Source of the DNA: an uncultured Myxococcales bacterium
Lineage (GTDB): Bacteria; Myxococcota_A; UBA9042
Direction of reading: 5' to 3'
Assembly (NCBI GenBank): GCA_937910235.1
Contig: CALENB010000254.1
Coordinates: 9,690 to 73,689 of the forward strand
DNA: 64,000 nucleotides
The notes under the pieces are model-generated. The model was not told the origin of the DNA and ran no database searches. It saw only the letters and a list, made by a program, of their open reading frames with translations. Below are positions 1 to 7,992 of the stretch, piece by piece. Every line of letters starts with the position of its first letter. Positions within the stretch are counted from its first letter, which is position 1. Position numbers and translations under genes: made by a program.

Positions 1-1
1 G

Positions 2-448
2 GACCAGGTGCGCGCCAACATCGCCGGCGAGACGACGCCGACCGCGCCAGAGCCCACGCTCTACCCGGTTGAATCAGCGGACGCGACGCCGCCGGCCGCC
101 GCGCCCCAAGGGGTACAGGGCTCTGTGTTTGACGCGCGTCCGGCGACGGCGCTGGGGTCGCAGCCGGGGACCACCGCAGGACGCAAATCGCTGAGAACGC
201 TGGGGCCCGGCAGCCTCCCGGATGCGGTGCTGCGGCTGGAGTCAGCGCCGATCGTCGACGTGCAGGCGGTCGAGATCGGACCCGAGAAAAAACCGCTCAA
301 GCTGGCGCCGGTGCGGCTCCATGTGCGCGTTCCGGGTGTCGGTTTGGCGATGATTCGCGCCACCGAACGCCTGACCGTCGCGCCGACCGCCCACTTGATC
401 GGCGAGATCGAGCGATTGCTGGGCCGGGGCACGGTCGCGTTGGGCTAG
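2..448 (+). CDS. hypothetical protein, C-terminal fragment (frame is open to the window edge)
   Basis: The ORF frame runs from nt 2 with no upstream stop and ends TAG at 446-448. GC3-rich codons. No recognisable motif. Confidence 0.35.
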   Translation, partial: DQVRANIAGETTPTAPEPTLYPVESADATPPAAAPQGVQGSVFDARPATALGSQPGTTAGRKSLRTLGPGSLPDAVLRLESAPIVDVQAVEIGPEKKPLKLAPVRLHVRVPGVGLAMIRATERLTVAPTAHLIGEIERLLGRGTVALG

Positions 449-539
449 GACCGCGAGCGCCTCCCCGCGAAGGTCGTTCCGGAGACTGCACCCAGGATCC
501 GTCACTCCGCAGCGCCGGGCGCCGCATTGAGTCCTGCCA

Positions 540-1115
540 TTACAGCGAGTTGTTGTAGATCATCCAGCTGTTTCCCTCACGCTTCAACGTGATCGGCGCG
601 GGATTGTCGCGGTGCCGGCTCGAGAGGAACACCTTCACGCTGCTGGTGTCCGGCGTAGGCTTCGCTGGCACGATACGGGTGACCTGCAGGCTGAACGTCT
701 TGCCCTTGCCGACGTAGCTGGCCGCGTATTTGCGGAAATGCCGCCACTGGTAGCGGCGCAGGTGGATGCGAGCGTTCGGGTTGTGGCGATTGATCTCGAC
801 GTTCAGCGGGACGTAACAGTCAAACCCGCTCGACTCGTCGAAATCGAGCACGCAATGAAAGGCCTGGCGAACGGTCCACAGTGGCTCGCCTGACGGGAAC
901 TTGACCACCCGTTGCCCGACGTCCTTCTTGGCCGGGGCGGCGTGGCCACGCGATGGCGCGGTAGGCGTTGGCCGCCGCACACTCGGCGGTTTGGCGCGTT
1001 TCTTGACGCGGACTTGCGCGTCGGCGGCGCCCGCGGTGGGCGCGTCGACGAGGGTGATCGCCGCGCACGCGATCAGCACAGCGAGAACGCGGGTCAGGGA
1101 GCGATGCACGATCAT
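540..1115 (-). CDS. secreted hypothetical protein
   Basis: Internal ATG at 1115 gives MIVHRSLTRVLAVLIACAAITLV..AGAADA, a signal-peptide-like N-terminus, with GGAG upstream. The longer 233-aa version has an Arg-rich non-native looking leader. Confidence 0.55.
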   Translation of the reverse strand: MIVHRSLTRVLAVLIACAAITLVDAPTAGAADAQVRVKKRAKPPSVRRPTPTAPSRGHAAPAKKDVGQRVVKFPSGEPLWTVRQAFHCVLDFDESSGFDCYVPLNVEINRHNPNARIHLRRYQWRHFRKYAASYVGKGKTFSLQVTRIVPAKPTPDTSSVKVFLSSRHRDNPAPITLKREGNSWMIYNNSL

Positions 1116-1362
1116 GAGGAGACTCCGGTGATAGGCCCAGCGAGCGACCAAACTGAGGCGCTCTGTGGGGGAGATTGGACGGTAGCAGAGCGGCGAAAAC
1201 GGAACAACGCGGCGCCGGACGCGGCCCAGGGGGCAGCGCACACCTACGGAGAACGTGCCAACGGACCCGACGATTCACTTACGGCAGCCGCGGCGGGGTT
1301 GCGCCGGCGACATTTGCACGGTGATACGGTAGATCAGGAGCGCACCATCACGTTGGAGAGGA

Positions 1363-1848
1363 GTGAGTCACATGCAGCGTCCCCGCATCGAACCAGCGCT
1401 GGCGACCGACAAATCCGCGGTGATCGCGCTCTTCGCCGAAGACCTGACCGCGCTGCGCATGACTGTGGACCTCGCGATCCTGGGCAGCGTGTTCGACGGT
1501 ATGCAAGCGGATCCGCGAACGGTCGTGCTGGTCTGCAGAGCGGAAGCAGCGGGCGTCGCAGCGGGGGTGCTGGTGGCCAGCCGCATTCTGAGCGTCAAAC
1601 ATGGCGGCCAGTCGCTCTGGATCGAGGAGCTGTATGTTGGCAACCTGCACCGACAGCGTGGTTTTGGCCGCGCGCTCGTCGCGGGGCTGCTGACGCTGGC
1701 GCGCGAGGAAGGCATCAAGGGCATCGATCTTGAGGCGTATCACGGCAACGACACGGCGGCGCTGCTCTACCGCAGCGTCGGATTTCGGCGACTCGGGCGC
1801 GAGCGCTTCACCTATCATACCGACTGGGACGTCGACGACGACGAGTAG
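1363..1848 (+). CDS. GNAT family N-acetyltransferase
   Basis: Acetyl-CoA binding motif region ..IEELYVGNLHRQRGFGRALVAGLL.. (Q/RxxGxG/A). Size 161 aa. GGAGAGGAG upstream. Confidence 0.8.
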   Translation: MSHMQRPRIEPALATDKSAVIALFAEDLTALRMTVDLAILGSVFDGMQADPRTVVLVCRAEAAGVAAGVLVASRILSVKHGGQSLWIEELYVGNLHRQRGFGRALVAGLLTLAREEGIKGIDLEAYHGNDTAALLYRSVGFRRLGRERFTYHTDWDVDDDE

Positions 1849-2005
1849 CCGCGGCCCGTGCCATTGGCGCAGCCCCACCGGTCACAGCCGCACCAGCCAC
1901 GGCCGCAGCGGCCACAGTGACCCCAGCTGCGGTCGCCACGACTGATTGATTTCCTCCGAGCGAGGGTTGAGCGTCGGCAGTCCGACGCAACCGGGAGTTC
2001 TGCAC

Positions 2006-2569
2006 ATGCACGTCCGCACGCCCGAGAAGAGCGCCGCATTTGCCGCCTTGTTGGCGAAGGGCATCACCGCCCTCCACATGGATGCGCGCGTCGCTGGCCT
2101 GCGCGTGCCCTCGCACCTGCGTGATCGCAGTTGGCTGGTGCTGAACTTCTCCTACGGCTACCAGCTCAGCGATTTCAACTTTGACGACGACGGCGTGCAG
2201 GCCTCTCTGTCCTTCGGAGGCCGACCTTTTCCGTGTTTTGTGCCCTGGGAGGCCGTGTTTGCGATGTCGGACGAGTCGCGCGACACGTTTCATTTTTGGC
2301 AGGAGGAGATGCCGCCGGAGGCCTTGGCGTCGCTGGCCGAAGCCAGCGCAGCGGCCGTCTCGCCGGACCGAGAGGCCGACGTCGCGGCGCCGACTGACAC
2401 CGATCGCGGGCACCGCAGTCCCGCGCTCGCGCCAGCGCGAGCATCGCCAATGGGTGCCGCCCCGGACGAAGATGCAGCGCCGGCACGGAAGCGGCCGACG
2501 TTCGGTGTGATCGACGGCGGTGGCGAACGCTCAGGCGGTCGTGACGGCCACCTCGAAAGGATCAAGTAG
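2006..2569 (+). CDS. SspB-like ClpXP adaptor (stringent starvation protein B fold)
   Basis: ..LHMDARVAGLRVPSHLRDRSWLVLNFSYGYQLSDFNFDDDGVQASLSFGGRPFPCFVPWEAVFAM.. parallels E. coli SspB ..HLVVDVTLPGVQVPMEYARDGQIVLNI..NLELANDEVRFNARFGGIPRQVSVPLAAVLAIY. It has a long acidic/Pro-Ala linker and a basic C-terminal tail ..GHLERIK (cf. SspB ..ALRVVK). Start chosen at the internal ATG 2006. Confidence 0.6.
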   Translation: MHVRTPEKSAAFAALLAKGITALHMDARVAGLRVPSHLRDRSWLVLNFSYGYQLSDFNFDDDGVQASLSFGGRPFPCFVPWEAVFAMSDESRDTFHFWQEEMPPEALASLAEASAAAVSPDREADVAAPTDTDRGHRSPALAPARASPMGAAPDEDAAPARKRPTFGVIDGGGERSGGRDGHLERIK

Positions 2570-2604
2570 CGCTGTCCGGTCCCCAAGGCGCCTGAAGGTC
2601 CACT

Positions 2605-3852
2605 ATGCACATCCTCGTGGTCTCTCAGTTCTTCCACCCCGAAATGGGCGCGCCGGCCGCGCGTTTTGGCGATTTCGGTCGCTACTGGCTGGAGGCTGGT
2701 CATCGCATCACCGTCCTGAGCACGTGGCCCAACGCCCCACGCGGCCTCGTCTACGAAGGCCACCAGCAGCGACCGTGGGCGGTGGAAGACATCGGTGGCA
2801 TTCGGGTGATTCGCACGCCGGTGCTGGCCTTGGGTGGCTACAGCCCCGGTCGTAAGGCGTTGCTGTACGCGACCTTCGCGGCGAGCGCGCTGATGCAAGG
2901 CGCGCTGCGCAACCTGCGACCGGACATTGTGATCGGCACCACGCCGCCGCCGACGGTGGGATACGTCTCCCTGCTCCTGGCGCGGCGGTTTGGCGTACCG
3001 CACGTGCTCGACGTCCGTGATATCTGGCCAGAAGCGGTGCTGAACGCTGGCCGCGTGCAAGCCTCGGTGGCGGTGGCGACCCTGGAGCGGCTCAACGGTG
3101 TGGTCTTGCGCCGGTCCGCCGCGATCACGACGGTGAGTGAAGGCAAACGGACGCGGTTGCTGGAGTTGGGCGCCAAACAGGGGCACGTGCATGTGATCCC
3201 GAATGGTGTCGATCTGGACCGATTCGACCGCGAGGCGACGGAGTCCCAGGCTGAGACGGAGGCGGTGCTGCGCAAGGCGGGCGTGCCGGCTGGTGCGACG
3301 CTGGTGACCTACGCTGGCGTCTTCAACCCGCCCCAGGGGCTCGATCTCGTGCTGGATGTGGCGCAGCTGCGGTTGAGGCGACCGGCCGATCCGGTCCACT
3401 TCTTGTTGATCGGCGATGGTGAGCTGCGGACGCACTTGGGGCGGCGGGTCGCGGCGGAAGGGCTGACCAACGTGCACATCAGCGGACCTGTGCCACGCGC
3501 GCTGGTCGCCCCGATCTATCGACGATCCTGGGCTTCCGTGGTTATTTTGCGGCCTCGCAAGGACGCGCATACCGTGCCCAGTAAGCTCTACGAGTGCATG
3601 GCGACACGCCGGCCCGTGCTGCTGAGCGCCGACGGTGAGGCAGCTGACCTCGCGGCTGCCGCCCGCTGCGGTCCCATCTCACGAGCGGGCGACATCGCGG
3701 GGTTGCAGCGCGGTATCGACGCGCTGCTCGCCGACCCTGTGGCGGCGCGGAGCCATGGCCTCGCGGGCCGCGCCTACGTGGAGGCCAACAACGATCGGGC
3801 CGGGCTGAGTCAACTCTTTCTCGAGGTGCTCTGCGACGCGGTGGCGCGGTGA
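2605..3852 (+). CDS. glycosyltransferase family 4 (WbuB-like)
   Basis: N-terminus MHILVVSQFFHPEMGAPAARF..GHRITVL and C-terminal ..PSKLYECMATRRPVL.. are typical of the GT4/GT-B fold. Confidence 0.8.
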   Translation: MHILVVSQFFHPEMGAPAARFGDFGRYWLEAGHRITVLSTWPNAPRGLVYEGHQQRPWAVEDIGGIRVIRTPVLALGGYSPGRKALLYATFAASALMQGALRNLRPDIVIGTTPPPTVGYVSLLLARRFGVPHVLDVRDIWPEAVLNAGRVQASVAVATLERLNGVVLRRSAAITTVSEGKRTRLLELGAKQGHVHVIPNGVDLDRFDREATESQAETEAVLRKAGVPAGATLVTYAGVFNPPQGLDLVLDVAQLRLRRPADPVHFLLIGDGELRTHLGRRVAAEGLTNVHISGPVPRALVAPIYRRSWASVVILRPRKDAHTVPSKLYECMATRRPVLLSADGEAADLAAAARCGPISRAGDIAGLQRGIDALLADPVAARSHGLAGRAYVEANNDRAGLSQLFLEVLCDAVAR

Positions 3853-5603
3853 CCGGGCCGGAACGTGGCGCACTCGGACCGCGGCGGGTCTGGCGTACGC
3901 TCGCGCCGCTGCCGCCCCTTCAGCACGTTCATCGCGCCGCCAACGTGCTGCGCAAACGGACTTGGGCGCCGTGGTTGCCACAGCTCGTCGCCGCGTGGCG
4001 ACGACGCGCTGCGTCGATCGCGATCGACGCGACCGCGATGGAGCGACTCGACGTCGCGCTCAGCGTTGCGCCCCGGCTCGATAGCGCTGCCGCGAGCGCT
4101 GGCCACCTCGTCGCCGCCGGTAGACACGTCGCGAGCCTGCCTCCCGCCTCCTGGCAGCTCGACGGTGCCCGGCCGCTGGAGGTCTACGAGGCCCACTACC
4201 TCGGCTGGGCGGAGGCGCTGGTGGCGACGGGCGATGACGCCGATTTCGCGCGCTGCTGGCGCAGCGTCGAGTCCTGGCACCGCCAAGCACCGGCGCTCAC
4301 GCAGCCGTGGGAGCCGTATCCACGGGCCCGCCGCGCGCTGTCGTGCCTGCGCGCGGCGGCGCGCCTCAGGCGCAGCGCCGACCCACGAGCGCCGCTGCTG
4401 CAGCGGTGGTTGCACGAGATCGCGCTGACGGCGGCGCTGCCGCTGGGCGGCCTGCTCGAACGCCATCTCGGCGCTAACCACCTGCTCGTCAATCGGCTCG
4501 CCCTGGCGGCGATCGGCGCGGCGATGGCGCCACCAGCGAGGCGTGCGCATGCCGACGTTGAGTCTTGGCCGGCGGCGCTGATCCGCGAGTGGCGCGGCCA
4601 ATTCCGCTCGGACGGCAGCCACGTCGAAGGGTCGGCGATGTACCACGCGCAGTTGCTTGAAGACGCGCTCACCGTCGCGCACCTCACGGGGCCGACGCAC
4701 GGGCTGGCAGCGGACATCCGCACAGCGACGCGCTGGTGCAGCGGCATGCAGCACCCAGACGGCGCGCTGCCGGCGTTTGGCGACTGCGACCCCGGCGTGC
4801 TGGCAGACCTGCCCCTGCTGCGCCACGCGCTCGCCAGCGCGACGCCGTCGGCGCCCGCGCCGCACCAGAGCGCGTGGGTCGCGCGGGCCAACGGTGGCGA
4901 CGTGATGGTGCACACCGGCCCGATGGTGTTCACGCCCCAGCCAGGTCACGCGCACGCCGACGGGCTGTCCCTGGAGTACAGCCACCAAGGCCAGCGCGTG
5001 CTCTGCGACGCCGGACTTTCGGGCTATGCGCTGGCTCCGTTGCGGCCTTGGAACCGCAGCGAAGCGGCGCACAGCGTCGTGGAGGTGCCGGGCGATGGGC
5101 AGTTGGAGCTCTGGGGCAGCTTTCGGGTCGGCGCGCGCGGCGAGACCAGCGTCGTCGCGACAGGCGTCCACGCAGGCTGGCAATGGCTCGCGGCGCGCCT
5201 GTCTTGGCCCAGCGGGCGCCATCACCAGCTGCGCCTCGTCGCCCTGGGCCCGTTGGGGTCGCTCTATCTGGTGGACCAGGTCGATCACCGCTCACCGCCG
5301 GTGCTTGCGGCCTTGCAGCGGCTGCGCCTGCACGAGGCGATCGCGCCGATCAGCGATCGCGGCGATTGGCGGCTCACGGGCGCTGGCGCGCTGAGTGTTC
5401 AGAGCTCGGGCGCCTACGTCGCCGAGCCATCGCGCCGGTTTCCGCGGCGTGGTCGCGAGGTCGCGACCACAACCCTGGTCGGGATCATGCCTTCCGGGGT
5501 GCCACGCCACACGTTGCTGAGCGACAGGTTGGGGTTGGCCGATGTCCGCGCGCGCTTGGCGCCGGTGTGGAAGTCGGTAGCCGCGCGGGCGCACATCCGG
5601 TAG
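3849..5603 (+). CDS. heparinase II/III-like (alginate-lyase superfamily) protein
   Basis: ..PQPGHAHADGLSLEYSHQGQRVLCDAGLSGY.. matches the heparinase II/III C-terminal signature (GHxHAD.LS). The GTG start overlaps the GT4 stop (GTGA). Confidence 0.65.
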   Translation: MTGPERGALGPRRVWRTLAPLPPLQHVHRAANVLRKRTWAPWLPQLVAAWRRRAASIAIDATAMERLDVALSVAPRLDSAAASAGHLVAAGRHVASLPPASWQLDGARPLEVYEAHYLGWAEALVATGDDADFARCWRSVESWHRQAPALTQPWEPYPRARRALSCLRAAARLRRSADPRAPLLQRWLHEIALTAALPLGGLLERHLGANHLLVNRLALAAIGAAMAPPARRAHADVESWPAALIREWRGQFRSDGSHVEGSAMYHAQLLEDALTVAHLTGPTHGLAADIRTATRWCSGMQHPDGALPAFGDCDPGVLADLPLLRHALASATPSAPAPHQSAWVARANGGDVMVHTGPMVFTPQPGHAHADGLSLEYSHQGQRVLCDAGLSGYALAPLRPWNRSEAAHSVVEVPGDGQLELWGSFRVGARGETSVVATGVHAGWQWLAARLSWPSGRHHQLRLVALGPLGSLYLVDQVDHRSPPVLAALQRLRLHEAIAPISDRGDWRLTGAGALSVQSSGAYVAEPSRRFPRRGREVATTTLVGIMPSGVPRHTLLSDRLGLADVRARLAPVWKSVAARAHIR

Positions 5604-5807
5604 AAGGCGGAGCCAGTGGCACCCAATAAGAGAGATCCAACGGATGCCGCGCGGCAACAAACTATGTTGATGGCGACACCGCGTCGTTTTTAACACGCGA
5701 TGCGCCGCAGATACCGCTTCCGTCTCGACACACCATCGGCCTGATCCCACCCATATCGTCGACCGTCGGTCGTCTTGTTCTCCAGCCTCAGCGTCCATAG
5801 GAGCCCC

Positions 5808-6902
5808 GTGCGTAGCTATCTCGTCGCATTCTTGCTAGCGCTGGGAGTCTCCGCCTTGCTCACACCGATGGTGTTAGGGGCCGCCCGCCGATTGCGACTA
5901 TTCGACGCGCCAGACGGTGTTCGGAAGATCCACACGACCGCCACACCCAGGCTCGGCGGCATCGCGATCGCGGCCGGGTTCTTCGCGCCGATCATCGGGC
6001 TGGTGCTGTACACCAACAAATTCGCCGTGAACCTGCAGAGCGACATCGTCCGGCTGACGCTCTTCATCGCCGGCGGCATCGCGATCTTGCTGCTCGGCCT
6101 GGTCGACGACATCAGGGGCGTCGGCGCCTGGGGCAAACTCACCGTTCAGACGGGCGTCGGTGTCGCGCTGTGGTACGGCGGGTTGTCGTTCGATCACATC
6201 TTCATATTTGGCCACGACCTGACCTTCGGCGTGCTCAGTCTGCCGCTGACGGTGGTGTGGGTCGCGGGCATCATCAACGCGATGAACCTCATCGACGGTC
6301 TCGACGGCCTCGCCGCCGGCGTCGCCTTTTTTGCCGCGTTTTCGCTGTTTCTAATCTCGCTGATCGACGGCAACACCATGCTCGCGCTGTTCGCCGCGGC
6401 GCTCGCAGGCAGCGTGTTGGGCTTCCTGCTCTACAACTTCAATCCGGCGCTCATCTTCATGGGAGACTCCGGCAGCATGACGATCGGCTACGTTTTCGCG
6501 GCCTGCGCGCTGTGGAGCGCGGGAAAGCGATCGACCGCGGTGAGCCTCGCGCTGCCGATTCTGGCCCTCGGCCTGCCGATCTTCGACACGCTGTTTGCCT
6601 TCGGTCGGCGGGCGGTTCGCGGCCAATCACCCTTCGAATCCGATCGCGGCCACATCCACCATCGCCTCGTGGATTCGGGGTTCAGCCACCGTCAGTCCGT
6701 GCTGCTGCTCTATCTGCTGTGCTGCATATTTACCGGCGCGGCTGTCATCACGCGCGCCACGGACGACCCGGTCTACAGCGTCGTGCTGGTGTCCCTGACC
6801 ATCGTGGTCTTCGTCGCGGTGCGCGCGGTGCGAAGCCACTTCGAAGGACACGCGGCGCCCGCGGCCGAAGAGCTCACGCCGCCGACGCAGCCCGACGCCT
6901 AG
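5808..6902 (+). CDS. polyprenyl-phosphate N-acetylhexosamine-1-phosphate transferase (MraY/WecA family)
   Basis: ..LFDAPDGVRKIHTTATPRLGGIAI.., ..NAMNLIDGLDGLAAG.., ..FMGDSGSM... About 10 TM segments. The GTG at 5808 is preceded by AGGAG; the ORF track start at 5775 is a TTG. Confidence 0.85.
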   Translation: MRSYLVAFLLALGVSALLTPMVLGAARRLRLFDAPDGVRKIHTTATPRLGGIAIAAGFFAPIIGLVLYTNKFAVNLQSDIVRLTLFIAGGIAILLLGLVDDIRGVGAWGKLTVQTGVGVALWYGGLSFDHIFIFGHDLTFGVLSLPLTVVWVAGIINAMNLIDGLDGLAAGVAFFAAFSLFLISLIDGNTMLALFAAALAGSVLGFLLYNFNPALIFMGDSGSMTIGYVFAACALWSAGKRSTAVSLALPILALGLPIFDTLFAFGRRAVRGQSPFESDRGHIHHRLVDSGFSHRQSVLLLYLLCCIFTGAAVITRATDDPVYSVVLVSLTIVVFVAVRAVRSHFEGHAAPAAEELTPPTQPDA

Positions 6903-7876
6903 GCTCGGGGGTGGGCCCGATCGTAGATCACCCGCAGCCGCTCACGGTGCACGTGGGTGTAGATCTGCGTCGTGCCGATGTCGGCGTGGCCGAGCATGGC
7001 TTGCACCGAGCGCAGATCGGCGCCACCGGCGAGCAGGTGCGTCGCGAACGAATGGCGCAGGCGGTGCGGTGAAATCGACTTCTCGATCCCGGCCGCCTCG
7101 GCGTGACGTTTGATCAACTTCCAGAAGCCCTGGCGCGTCATCTGGCGACCTTGACCCGTGATGAACAGCGGCGCCGTGTGCCCACCGCGGCGGCTCCGGG
7201 CGGCGGCGCTCCGCGCGATGAAAGGTCGTCCATCCGACAGGTAACACAGCAACGTCGCGCGGGCTTGCTCGCCAATCGGCACGAGGCGCTCCTTGCGACC
7301 CTTGCCCATGCACGTGACCACGCCGCGATCGAAGTCGACGTCGCCGTTGCGAAGCGACACCAGCTCGGTGACGCGCAGCCCCGTGGCGTACAAGGTCTCG
7401 AGCATCGCGCGGTCGCGCAGGCCACGCGCCGTGTCGGCGTCGGGCGCCGCCAGCAGACTCGCGACTTCGGCCGGGGTCAGCACGTCGGGCAGCGTCCGGG
7501 GCTGTTGTGGCATGTCGAGCAGCGCGGCCGGGCTCTCATCCAGCTCACCCAGATCGACGAGGAAGCGCGAAAAGGCCCGCAACGTCGACATATGGCGCGC
7601 CACGCTGCGGTCGTGCAGACCGCCCTCGCGGAGATCGCCGAGATATTCCATGAGCACATCGCGCGTCAGATCGCTGGGCGCGGTGAGCTTGAGCGTCGTC
7701 AGGACGAACCGCTCGAAACGGTGCAGGTCGCGGCCGTACGCGGTCACCGTGTTCACCGAGAGGTTTCGCTCCAGGCGTAGGTGCAGCAGAAACCGTTCGA
7801 TGGTTGCGGAGAGACGAGCGGATGTTTCTTGTGTCTGTATTGGCATGGCAAGACCGATCTTGTTGAGGGATGCCAA
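6899..7876 (-). CDS. xerD: tyrosine site-specific recombinase, XerC/XerD family (XerD-like)
   Basis: ..RLERNLSVNTVTAYGRDL.. and the C-terminal catalytic box ..HRLRHSFATHLLAGGADLRSVQAMLGHADIGTTQIYTHV... An alternative start is at 7846. Confidence 0.75.
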   Translation of the reverse strand: MASLNKIGLAMPIQTQETSARLSATIERFLLHLRLERNLSVNTVTAYGRDLHRFERFVLTTLKLTAPSDLTRDVLMEYLGDLREGGLHDRSVARHMSTLRAFSRFLVDLGELDESPAALLDMPQQPRTLPDVLTPAEVASLLAAPDADTARGLRDRAMLETLYATGLRVTELVSLRNGDVDFDRGVVTCMGKGRKERLVPIGEQARATLLCYLSDGRPFIARSAAARSRRGGHTAPLFITGQGRQMTRQGFWKLIKRHAEAAGIEKSISPHRLRHSFATHLLAGGADLRSVQAMLGHADIGTTQIYTHVHRERLRVIYDRAHPRA

Positions 7877-7992
7877 ACGGTCAAACTTTTCTTGGTTCCG
7901 AAGGGTTCGGGGATTTTCTTGACACCGAAAGTCGGCCCCTTGAGGTCGCCGATCGACCTTAGATCGCGGCCGATTCGCGGCAGTTGCCCCGC

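Noticed and set aside
1815-2039. Minus-strand 74-aa ORF with a striking Cys/Gly/Trp stretch (..GHCGRCGRGWCGCDRWGCANGTGRGY..) in the GNAT-SspB spacer
   Set aside because: It looked like a small Cys-rich peptide or RiPP precursor. However, it overlaps both flanking genes, is Arg-rich like other shadow frames and has no SD. The pattern is explained by a periodic CAC/GCC/GCA-rich spacer that gives His-rich or Pro/Gln-rich peptides in the other frames.
2290-5288. Long minus-strand ORFs 2290..3570 (426 aa) and 3810..5288 (492 aa)
   Set aside because: They are antisense to the GT4 and heparinase-like genes. Their composition is typical of wrong-frame translation of high-GC DNA (very high Arg/Pro/Ala), and they have no start context.
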